From: Chthoniobacterales bacterium
Lineage (GTDB): Bacteria > Verrucomicrobiota > Verrucomicrobiia > Chthoniobacterales > UBA10450
Direction of reading: 5' to 3'
NCBI GenBank assembly: GCA_035941955.1
Contig: DASZDO010000096.1
Coordinates: forward strand, 40,534 to 104,533
DNA: 64,000 nucleotides
Positions 34,577 through 42,823 of this stretch are shown here, one piece after another. Both the position numbers and the translations under genes were made by a program. The notes below the pieces were generated by a model. That model ran no database searches, was not told the origin of the DNA, and worked only from the letters and a program-made list of their open reading frames with translations. Numbering within the stretch: the stretch's first letter is position 1; each line of letters starts with the position of its first letter.

Positions 34577-36139
34577 CTAGTCCCATTTTTTCGTTTTCGG
34601 CCAAAGCGCTTGCAGGGTGGTGTTCAGGTCGCGGCACAGGAAAATTTCGAAATGCTCGTCGCGCCGCGAGTAGGGGTGGTAAGTGCGTCCGGCTGCCTCC
34701 ACGCTCGCGAAGTGTTCCCGATCGCCGCTGCCGTCGCTGCCAAGCACGAGCACACTCTCGCCGGCATAGCCTCGCGGCCCCCAAAGCCAATAGCTTTGAT
34801 GATTGCTGATCGCCTTCGGCAATCCGTACTTCTTCCCAAAGAAATCGATCGCGCCGGCCTGGCCGTAACTGTTGGCAAAGATCGCGGTCGCCGCGCGCTG
34901 CTCCGGCGGCAGCTCGTGATAAACTCGCGCCACTTCCCGGGCCATTTCCTTCCACCCAAATTCGTCGGCGAAGTGTTGGGGCAATGGACCGGTCGGTTGA
35001 TTCTCGGCCTTGGGCGGTTCCAACCCGATCGCCTTTTGATATCGGATGTAAGTCTCAGCGGGAAGGACGGGCGCCGCCATCGGCGCAAGGAGACAAGTCG
35101 CCGTCACAATCAAACCAACATAAACACCGCGGCTCCATCGGCCCCTCTCGCGAGTGATCCACTCAAACGCCACCGCACCGCCTGCGAACAACATCGGGTA
35201 GGCGGCGGAGAGGTAGTAATTCTTCCCTTTCAACGCCATGAACGCGACCAGCATCAGCGTGTAGGTCCAGCCCAGGATGCGATAGCGGCCTCCCTTCCGG
35301 TTCAGGAACAGCCAGAAAAGCCCGCCGAGCCAGAGCGGGAACAAGATCGGATTCATCAGCATTGCTTGATCGGCGATGAAGGCGACCGGGCCGCGCACAA
35401 CATCGCGCCCGCTCCCCCGAATATTGTGCATCAGTTCAAGGAACGGAAAATCGTGGCGGATGAGCCAGATCAGGTTCGGGAGAAAAATCAGGAGCGAGCA
35501 AAGGGCGCCGATCCAGATCCAGGCGTTCGAGAGAAAACGCCGCTGGGGTGTGAGGAGCAATGAGACGAAAACGGCCAGGGCGAAAAAGGCCGTGCTGTAT
35601 TTGTTTTCCATCCCCAGGCCAATGAGGAGGCCGAACCAAAGCCAGGAGCGCGGGTCGCCCTGATCGATCGCCCGGACAATGCACCAGGCGCAACCGAGCC
35701 AGATGAGCGGCTCGAAAGCATTCATCGTCAGCCAATGGTGGAATAAAAGGAAAACGGGAGCGGCGATGACCGCGAGGGCGGCAAGCCCCTGGGCAAAAAC
35801 GCGGCCGCCCATTTCGCGCGCCAGTTTTCCGGCCAACCACACCGTCGCGGCGCCCGCAAGCGCGGGCAACAGTCGCAACCCGAGGAGCGATTCGCCGAAA
35901 AGATGGCGAGCGATCCAGGCGATGACGGCAATCAATGGCGGCTGATCGACGTAGCCGAAGTCGAGGTGCTCGGAGCAGGCGAGATAATACAACTCGTCGC
36001 GGAAGATTCCGTAACTGCCCGCGGTGAGCAGATGGAAAACGAACTTCACGATGGCCAGCAACCACACGATGGCTGGACCGGAGAAAAACCCGTGCGTCGC
36101 TGGCGGGCTGGCGCGCGTAAGATGAATTGCCCTTTCCAT
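34577..36139 (-). CDS. Glycosyltransferase family 39 (ArnT/PMT-like) membrane protein
   Basis: The FRDELYYLACSEHLDFGYVDQPPL motif, about 11 TM helices and a soluble C-terminal domain fit the GT39/PMT_2 architecture. Confidence 0.8.
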   Translation of the reverse strand: MERAIHLTRASPPATHGFFSGPAIVWLLAIVKFVFHLLTAGSYGIFRDELYYLACSEHLDFGYVDQPPLIAVIAWIARHLFGESLLGLRLLPALAGAATVWLAGKLAREMGGRVFAQGLAALAVIAAPVFLLFHHWLTMNAFEPLIWLGCAWCIVRAIDQGDPRSWLWFGLLIGLGMENKYSTAFFALAVFVSLLLTPQRRFLSNAWIWIGALCSLLIFLPNLIWLIRHDFPFLELMHNIRGSGRDVVRGPVAFIADQAMLMNPILFPLWLGGLFWLFLNRKGGRYRILGWTYTLMLVAFMALKGKNYYLSAAYPMLFAGGAVAFEWITRERGRWSRGVYVGLIVTATCLLAPMAAPVLPAETYIRYQKAIGLEPPKAENQPTGPLPQHFADEFGWKEMAREVARVYHELPPEQRAATAIFANSYGQAGAIDFFGKKYGLPKAISNHQSYWLWGPRGYAGESVLVLGSDGSGDREHFASVEAAGRTYHPYSRRDEHFEIFLCRDLNTTLQALWPKTKKWD

Positions 36140-36172
36140 TTCGCGATCGTTCGGTGAAGACGAGCGGCCGGG

Positions 36173-37192
36173 TTAGTCGCCGCTCTTGCGGACTGTCATG
36201 ATAGCCGGTGTTTTCCCCGGCCGATAAACGGAGGCTCCGTAACAAACCGCGGCCGTTCCTTCCCGCGCATAACGCACTTTCGCCAAGCTGGCGTCCCAGC
36301 GTTCCAGATAGCTGCAGTTCGCGGTCTTGCTGCTGTCGGGAATGGGGACATAACGCACATAGGCCATGGCCAAAAACGCAGGTTCGCCGGGCAATGGAAT
36401 GGGGGCGGCCCAGTTCGGTGACAACCGCACAAAGCGCCGATTCGCCAGGTCGAGCGCGTAATCCGTATCGCCGTCGGTGCTGTTCAGGTACACTCCGAAA
36501 AACGCGAGCCGGAGCGGCGGCTCAATCAGAAAACGATCGTCCCTCCCCTTCCCCTTCAACTGGAGCTGCTCGACCGCGCCTTCAAATCCGGGGAGCTTCC
36601 AGAATTCAATCTGCTTTCCTGACTTCAACTCGCGCAGGAGGTAATGCTTTCCGTGGCCCGGGCCGTTGATCGAGTCGTCTTCGTCCTGCTTTATTTCGCG
36701 CAGAATGAGCTCCACCGAACCATCTGGCGCACGAAAGCGAGGACCACGCTGCCCGAAAGGCGTTGCGTCTTCATTGTCCCCCGAGCCCGCATCCGGCCAG
36801 CCGAAGTAGGGCGAGCTCGTCGCGTCGGAATACCATTCCGGTGCGGCCTCCAGGCGCTTTAGGCCTTCACCACTCAGCTGGACGCTCCAGAACTCGAACT
36901 TGCTTTCGCTGAGCTCGCGCACGAAGACGACGGTTTCGCCGTCCGGCGCGAACATCGGATCCAGATCCTGGCCGGAATCGTCCTTCGTCAATTGCCGGAC
37001 CAGCGTTCCGTCTTCGCGATAGAGGAAGAGGTGGGCATGGCTTTCGCCTTCTGCCTGGAGATAGCGGATCGCGACAACGATTTTCGATTCGCCGCGGACC
37101 GGAGCTGAGCAAACAGCCAGCACGGCGACCGCGAGCAAGGCAAGGCGGACTCTCACAAGGGCCGGTTTGCCGAAAGCCGCGGCCTTTGTCAA
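36173..37192 (-). CDS. Hypothetical secreted protein with PD40-like repeats
   Basis: Signal peptide (LALLAVAVLAVCSAPVRG) and a DLDPMFAPDGETVVFVRE PD40-type motif. Confidence 0.55.
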   Translation of the reverse strand: MTKAAAFGKPALVRVRLALLAVAVLAVCSAPVRGESKIVVAIRYLQAEGESHAHLFLYREDGTLVRQLTKDDSGQDLDPMFAPDGETVVFVRELSESKFEFWSVQLSGEGLKRLEAAPEWYSDATSSPYFGWPDAGSGDNEDATPFGQRGPRFRAPDGSVELILREIKQDEDDSINGPGHGKHYLLRELKSGKQIEFWKLPGFEGAVEQLQLKGKGRDDRFLIEPPLRLAFFGVYLNSTDGDTDYALDLANRRFVRLSPNWAAPIPLPGEPAFLAMAYVRYVPIPDSSKTANCSYLERWDASLAKVRYAREGTAAVCYGASVYRPGKTPAIMTVRKSGD

Positions 37193-37319
37193 TCATCGCG
37201 GGAGCTCACGATAGCCTGGTCAGCAAGCTCTTGTTCTTAGATACTCAAGGCGTAAAAAGGTGTATCCTTGCATGTCTCAGTTGCCCAATGTGCCGACGAT
37301 TTTGAAAAAAAGTTCAATT

Positions 37320-39413
37320 ATGCGCCCGTTCCTAGCCTCCTTGACTCTCTCTCCGGTAGCAATTGTCACCCTGTTTTTCGCGGCGGCCGCCAGTGTCCAA
37401 GGCGTCCACGCAGCCACCCTTGTGGTTACCACCACCGCTGACAGCGGCGCGGGCTCGTTACGCGATACCATCGCCGCGGCCAGCGATGGGGACACGATTC
37501 AGTTCGATGCCGCGCTCAATGGGCAGACGATCACTCTCACCAGCGCGGAACTGCTGATAAACAAGAATCTCATCATCGATGGCCCGGGCGCGCATCAGTT
37601 AACCGTGCAGCGGAGCACGGCCACTGGCACTCCGGCCTTCCGCATTTTTAACGCCTCCGGAAGTTTCGGCGTCACCATTGCTGGCCTCACCATCGCCAAT
37701 GGCAGTGCTCCGGACGCCGGCGGCGGAGGCATTGCCAGCACTGTCCTGACCTTGACGGTCGCAAACTGTGTTATCTCAGGCAACAACGCCCAGGGCGGTG
37801 GCGGTATCTTGTGCGCTGCCCCTTCGTTGAACCAGTCAACGGTGAGTATTGCTAATTGCACGATCTCCGGCAACAGCGCCGCGAGCGGTGGCGGGATTCA
37901 TAATGATGGACCTATTGGAATGTTTTACCGCGGCAGTGTGCTCACAATCACAAACAGCACCATCTCCGGTAACGCAGCGACTTTCATGGGCGATGGCCTT
38001 AGTCAAGGCGGTGGGATCGCTAATCTGGGCCGGTTGACGGTCATCAATAGCACCATCTCCGACAACGTCGTGGCCGTGGACGAGTCCCGGGGCGGCGGCG
38101 GCATTTATACCACCGGCACATTGGCGATGACCAATACCACCATTTCCGGGAACTCGGCGAACCTCGGCGGCGGAATCAGAAATTTGGGCACCCACGCTAT
38201 TCATAATCCGGGCGCGTTGGCGATCACAAACAGCACCGTCTCAGGAAATTCGGCCAGCGAGGGCGGTGGCCTGCTTGGCGGGGGGCAATCCAGGAACGCG
38301 ATCATCGCCTTGAATACATCCGCGAATGGTCCAGATGTGAACGGCACGCTCAGATCGGAAGGTTTCAACCTCATCGGTAACAACTCTGGCGCGATCATTT
38401 TCGCCCAACAACCTTCAGATCAAATCGGCACCCCGGCTTCGCCCATCGATCCGCTCCTCGGGCCCTTGCAAAACAACGGCGGGCCGACTTTCACTCACGC
38501 ATTGCTCCAGGGCAGCCCGGCCCTGGACCAAGGCGAATCCAGCGGCTCGACGACTGATCAACGGGGTTTCCATCGCCCGGTGGACTTCCCTGATATCGCG
38601 AATGAAGCTGGTGGCGACGGCGCCGACATTGGCGCGTTTGAATCTGCTCCCGCAACGCTCGCAAATATTTCCACCCGCCTTCGCGTTGAGACCGGCGACA
38701 ACGCCATGATTGGCGGATTTATCATTACGGGAACCGAGCCAAAAACCGTGATCGTTCGTGGGATTGGGCCTTCGCTCTCCCTCCCTGGTGCGCTAGCCGA
38801 TCCGATCATCGAAGTCCATGGTCCCTCCGGCGAGCTTCTCGCCACTAATGACAATTGGAGGGATGGATTATATGCCCAACAAGTCGCCCAGACGCTGCCA
38901 CCGGCGAGCGATTTGGAGTCGGCGCTGCATGGGACCATCAATCCCGGAGCTTATACGGTCGTCGTCCGGGGGACGAACAACACCACGGGCATAGCCTTGT
39001 TCGAAGTCTACGATCTGGATCCAACGGCCGCCTCCAAGCTGGGTAATATTTCCACGCGCGGTTTCGTCTCTACGGGCGATAACGTGATGATCGGCGGCGT
39101 CATCCTCGTGGGGAGCGCTCCGGCGAGAGTCCTCTTCCGCGCGATAGGTCCCAGCCTGACGAATTTTGGTGTGCCCAATGCGTTGGCAGATCCAATCCTG
39201 GAACTGTATGACGCCAACGGCGGACTCATCGCCGTCAATTACAACTGGCGGGATGATCAGGAGGCGGAGATTCTGGCCACCGGCATTCCGCCGTCGAACG
39301 ATTTGGAGGCGGCGATCGTGAGAGATTTCGCGCCGGGCAATTACACCGCCATCGTTCGCGGCTTGAACAACGCCACCGGCATGGCCTTGGTCGAAGCGTA
39401 CGACTTGAATTAG
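37320..39413 (+). CDS. Secreted right-handed beta-helix (polymorphic-outer-membrane-protein-like repeat) protein ending in two copies of the shared C-terminal domain
   Basis: Signal peptide after the Met at 37320. Repeated I.N.TISGN.A..GGGI units. From about nt 38653 there are two ANISTR...GIGPSL... domains. Confidence 0.75.
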   Translation: MRPFLASLTLSPVAIVTLFFAAAASVQGVHAATLVVTTTADSGAGSLRDTIAAASDGDTIQFDAALNGQTITLTSAELLINKNLIIDGPGAHQLTVQRSTATGTPAFRIFNASGSFGVTIAGLTIANGSAPDAGGGGIASTVLTLTVANCVISGNNAQGGGGILCAAPSLNQSTVSIANCTISGNSAASGGGIHNDGPIGMFYRGSVLTITNSTISGNAATFMGDGLSQGGGIANLGRLTVINSTISDNVVAVDESRGGGGIYTTGTLAMTNTTISGNSANLGGGIRNLGTHAIHNPGALAITNSTVSGNSASEGGGLLGGGQSRNAIIALNTSANGPDVNGTLRSEGFNLIGNNSGAIIFAQQPSDQIGTPASPIDPLLGPLQNNGGPTFTHALLQGSPALDQGESSGSTTDQRGFHRPVDFPDIANEAGGDGADIGAFESAPATLANISTRLRVETGDNAMIGGFIITGTEPKTVIVRGIGPSLSLPGALADPIIEVHGPSGELLATNDNWRDGLYAQQVAQTLPPASDLESALHGTINPGAYTVVVRGTNNTTGIALFEVYDLDPTAASKLGNISTRGFVSTGDNVMIGGVILVGSAPARVLFRAIGPSLTNFGVPNALADPILELYDANGGLIAVNYNWRDDQEAEILATGIPPSNDLEAAIVRDFAPGNYTAIVRGLNNATGMALVEAYDLN

Positions 39414-39437
39414 CACACCATCGCCTCACCCTGCAAA

Positions 39438-39462
39438 GGTAGGGCGAGACTCTGTCGAGCCG
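39438..39462. repeat. Solo copy of the GGTAGGGCGAGACTCTGTCGAGCC repeat
   Basis: 24 of 25 nt identical to the left arm of the hairpin at 29539. Confidence 0.8.
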
Positions 39463-39482
39463 AGGCACTGATTAGATAGCGA

Positions 39483-40895
39483 TCAGCGATTGCCGATGTG
39501 GAGGGCCCTCTTCTCCACGGCAAGCGCGGCTTCTTTCACGGCTTCGCTGAGCGTGGGATGCGCGTGAACGGTGCGGCCGAGGTCTTCCGAGCTGCCGCCG
39601 AACTCCATCACCGCGACCGTTTCCGCGATCAGCTCGGAGGCGGCGTGGGAGAGAATATGCGCGCCGAGAATCCGGTCGGTCTCCTCGTCGGCCACGAATT
39701 TCACGACGCCTTCGTAATCTTCGTTCGCCACCGCCCGGCCATTCGCGCGGAAAGGAAACTTCCCAATGCGAACCTTCATGCCCTTCTCTTTCGCCAAGTC
39801 TTCCGTGAGGCCGACGCCGGCCAGTTCCGGATTCGTGTAAATGATTCCCGGAATGACTTCGTAATTCACGTGCCCGGCTTTGCCGGCGATCGTTTCAACG
39901 CAGGCAATGCCTTCTTCCTCGGCTTTGTGCGCCAGCATCGGACCGGCGATGACGTCGCCGATCGCATAGACGCTCTCGACGTTTGTGCGGAAATGCTCGT
40001 CCACTTTGATCCGCCCACGGTCGTCGATCGCCACGCCGAGCTTCTCGGCGAAGACTCCCTTGGCAAAGGCACGCCGGCCGACAGAAACGAGGACTTTATC
40101 GGCTTCGAACTTCAGCTCCTCGCCGCCTTTCGTTGCGGTGGCCACGGCGCGACCGTTTTCAACTGTAACAGAGCCGACTTTCGTCTCCAGATGGAACGCC
40201 ATGCCCTGGGCGGTCAGCGATTTCTGCAATAGATTCGCCAGCTCCAGATCGAAGCCGAGCGCGATGCGCGGGAGAAACTCCAGCACGATCACTTCCGAGC
40301 CGAGCCGGCTCCAGACCGAGCCCAGTTCCAAACCGATCGCGCCGCCGCCGATGACGAGAAGTTTCTCCGGCGCTTTCCCAAAGGTAAGCGCTTCGGTGCT
40401 GCTCACGATCACGTCGCCATCGAACTTCATGTTCGCCAATTCCACCGGCACGCTTCCGGTCGCGATGACGATGTGCGCCGCCTCGATCTCCTGGCTGTCG
40501 CCTTCGTCGGGCTTGATCGCGACACGGCCCGGCGCCGTCACTGTTCCCAAGCCTTGGAAGGTCGTGATCTTGTTGCCCTTCATCAGGGCTTTTACGCCGC
40601 CGTTCATGGTCTTCACGACCTTGTCCTTGCGGGCGAGCATCTTCGCCAAATCCAGGCCCACGTTGTCCAGAACGATGCCGTGTTTGGCAGCCTCCTTTTT
40701 CGCGAAAACGAAATGGTCGCTCGAAGTGAGGAGCGCCTTGCTCGGGATGCATCCGATGTTCAGGCAGGTGCCGCCGAGTTCCTTGTCTTTCTCGACGATG
40801 GCCGTTTTCAAACCGAGCTGGGCCGCGCGAATAGCGGCAACGTAACCACCTGGACCCGAACCGATGATGACGATATCAAACTTCTCTACGGCCAT
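39483..40895 (-). CDS. lpdA: Dihydrolipoyl dehydrogenase (E3)
   Basis: FAD motif IIGSGPGGYVAAIRAAQLG, redox-active GGTCLNIGCIPSK, and C-terminal HAHPTLSE. Confidence 0.95.
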   Translation of the reverse strand: MAVEKFDIVIIGSGPGGYVAAIRAAQLGLKTAIVEKDKELGGTCLNIGCIPSKALLTSSDHFVFAKKEAAKHGIVLDNVGLDLAKMLARKDKVVKTMNGGVKALMKGNKITTFQGLGTVTAPGRVAIKPDEGDSQEIEAAHIVIATGSVPVELANMKFDGDVIVSSTEALTFGKAPEKLLVIGGGAIGLELGSVWSRLGSEVIVLEFLPRIALGFDLELANLLQKSLTAQGMAFHLETKVGSVTVENGRAVATATKGGEELKFEADKVLVSVGRRAFAKGVFAEKLGVAIDDRGRIKVDEHFRTNVESVYAIGDVIAGPMLAHKAEEEGIACVETIAGKAGHVNYEVIPGIIYTNPELAGVGLTEDLAKEKGMKVRIGKFPFRANGRAVANEDYEGVVKFVADEETDRILGAHILSHAASELIAETVAVMEFGGSSEDLGRTVHAHPTLSEAVKEAALAVEKRALHIGNR

Positions 40896-40939
40896 TTTAT
40901 GAGTCGTATAAGTCTCATGCGACCAATAATCTGTCTACC

Positions 40940-41494
40940 ATGCCCCAGAACTTTATTCCGCCGCATGGCGGTTACCAGGACCTGCTTTCCTTTCAGAAAG
41001 CCAGGATTGTCTATGACGGGACGGTGCGGTTTTGCGAACGCTTTCTCGACAGGCGGGACCGGACCGTCGGTCAGATGGTACAGGCAGCTCGATCCGGGAA
41101 GCAGAATATCCTCGAAGGGAGCCAGGCTTCGGGAACTTCCAAGGAAGCTGAGATAAAGCTAATTAATGTGGCCCGCGCCAGTTTGGAGGAACTGCTGGAA
41201 GATTACCGGGATTTTCTGCGGGTGCGGAAGCTAGCCCTCTGGGATAAGAACAGCCGGGAAGCGCGATTCGTGCGGCGCCTGGGCAGCAGAGAAAATCGGT
41301 CCTATGAATCCTATGCGACCTATATCGAAACGCGCCCGGCTCAAGTTGTCGCCAACATCCTCATTTGCCTGATCCACCAGACCAATTACCTGCTGGACCA
41401 ACAGCTACGACAGTTGGAAAAAGCATTCTTGGCGGAAGGCGGCCTGCGCGAACGCATGACCCGCGCCCGCCTTTCGGCCCGATCGAAAAGCTAA
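40940..41494 (+). CDS. Four-helix-bundle protein with suffix domain (23S rRNA IVS-protein superfamily)
   Basis: [79 protein letters not shown] matches the four-helix-bundle-suffix family. It is antisense to the flanking lpdA and sucB, and its 3' end overlaps the sucB stop. Confidence 0.75.
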   Translation: MPQNFIPPHGGYQDLLSFQKARIVYDGTVRFCERFLDRRDRTVGQMVQAARSGKQNILEGSQASGTSKEAEIKLINVARASLEELLEDYRDFLRVRKLALWDKNSREARFVRRLGSRENRSYESYATYIETRPAQVVANILICLIHQTNYLLDQQLRQLEKAFLAEGGLRERMTRARLSARSKS

Positions 41495-42723
41495 AAATCG
41501 AGCGGCAACTTCTTCGGGTCCTCGATGCACTGTTTCACCGTAACGAGGAATGTGACGGCTTCCTTTCCATCGACGGCTCGGTGATCGTAGCTCAGCGCGA
41601 GATACATCATCGGGCGGATAACGACCTCGTCTTTCACCGCAACCGGCCGCTTTTGAATCGCGTGCATGCCGAGGATGCCGCTTTGGGGAGGATTCAGGAT
41701 TGGGGTGCCCATCATCGAACCGTAAACGCCCCCGTTCGAAATCGTGAACGTCCCGCCCTGTAGATCTTCGATCTTGATCTTCCCATCGCGCGCCCGTGTC
41801 GCGTAATCGGCGATGTCGCGCTCAATTTCGGCAAAGCTTTTTTTGTCTGCATCGCGCACCACCGGCACGACCAACCCTCGCTCCGTCCCAACCGCGACCC
41901 CGATGTCGTAGAAATGGTTCTGAATCATGTCGTCGCCCTCGATCCGGCTGTTGATCGGCGGCACCGCTTTCAACGCTTCGACGGTCGCTTTGATGAAGAA
42001 CGACATGAAGCCAAGCTTCAGGCCGTTCTTTTTCGTGAAGGCGTCCTGCGCCTTCACGCGGAGAGCTTGCACCTCCGACATATCGCATTCGTTAAAGGTC
42101 GTGAGGATCGCGGCGGTGTGCTGCGCCATGACGAGTTGTGCCGCGATCTTGCGCCGGAGCGGCGACATTTTCTTGCGCGTGAACCGCTCGTTCTCCGATG
42201 GAGCAGCCGGTTTTTCTTCGGCCCGCTCGCCGGCCGAACCATCCGGCGCGGTCGAAGGCTCCGGAGCCGCCTCGCGATTTTTCGCGGCGGCCAGCGCATC
42301 GCCTTTGGTCACCCTGCCGTCCTTGCCGCTTCCGCTGATCTTCTCGGGATCAAGCTTTTCCTCCGCGACCACGCGTCGTACCGCCGGGGACATGGCGTCC
42401 GGGGATTTTTTTGCGGCGGTCGGGACTGGCTTGGTGTCTCCTTTGGACGCGCTCGGCTCCGCCGCCGGCGGTTTCGCAGCGCTGTCGGACCCTTCTTCGA
42501 TCACCGCCACGACTTCGCCGATCTTCACCTCCGCGCCTTCCGCCACCTTGGTTTGCAACACGCCGTCTTTCTCGGCCGTGATTTCCGTTGAGACTTTGTC
42601 CGTCTCCAAAGTGAAGAGCGCGTCGCCGGCCTTGACCTGGTCGCCGGATTTCTTGTGCCACACGGAAACGATCCCGCTGGTAATCGATTCGCCGACCGCC
42701 GGAACTTTCACTTCGGTGCTCAT
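41491..42723 (-). CDS. sucB: Dihydrolipoyllysine-residue succinyltransferase (E2 of 2-oxoglutarate dehydrogenase)
   Basis: Lipoyl domain ([10 protein letters not shown]), Ala/Pro linker, and catalytic domain with the SYDHRAVDG motif. Confidence 0.9.
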   Translation of the reverse strand: MSTEVKVPAVGESITSGIVSVWHKKSGDQVKAGDALFTLETDKVSTEITAEKDGVLQTKVAEGAEVKIGEVVAVIEEGSDSAAKPPAAEPSASKGDTKPVPTAAKKSPDAMSPAVRRVVAEEKLDPEKISGSGKDGRVTKGDALAAAKNREAAPEPSTAPDGSAGERAEEKPAAPSENERFTRKKMSPLRRKIAAQLVMAQHTAAILTTFNECDMSEVQALRVKAQDAFTKKNGLKLGFMSFFIKATVEALKAVPPINSRIEGDDMIQNHFYDIGVAVGTERGLVVPVVRDADKKSFAEIERDIADYATRARDGKIKIEDLQGGTFTISNGGVYGSMMGTPILNPPQSGILGMHAIQKRPVAVKDEVVIRPMMYLALSYDHRAVDGKEAVTFLVTVKQCIEDPKKLPLDF

Positions 42724-42753
42724 GAAGGCGTTACATTATGCGCAAATGCGGAA

Positions 42754-42818
42754 AGTGAATAGTGATCAGTGAATCGTGAATGGAGAAAATAATTCACTGA
42801 TCGCCATTCACTTATCAC
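42754..42818. repeat. Inverted repeat built from GTGAAT-type words between sucA and sucB
   Basis: AGTGAATAGTGATCAGTGAATCGTGAATGG ... ATTCACTGATCGCCATTCACTTATCAC. The pairings GATCAGTGAAT/ATTCACTGATC and GTGAATGG/CCATTCAC are perfect. Confidence 0.8.
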
Positions 42819-42823
42819 CATCC

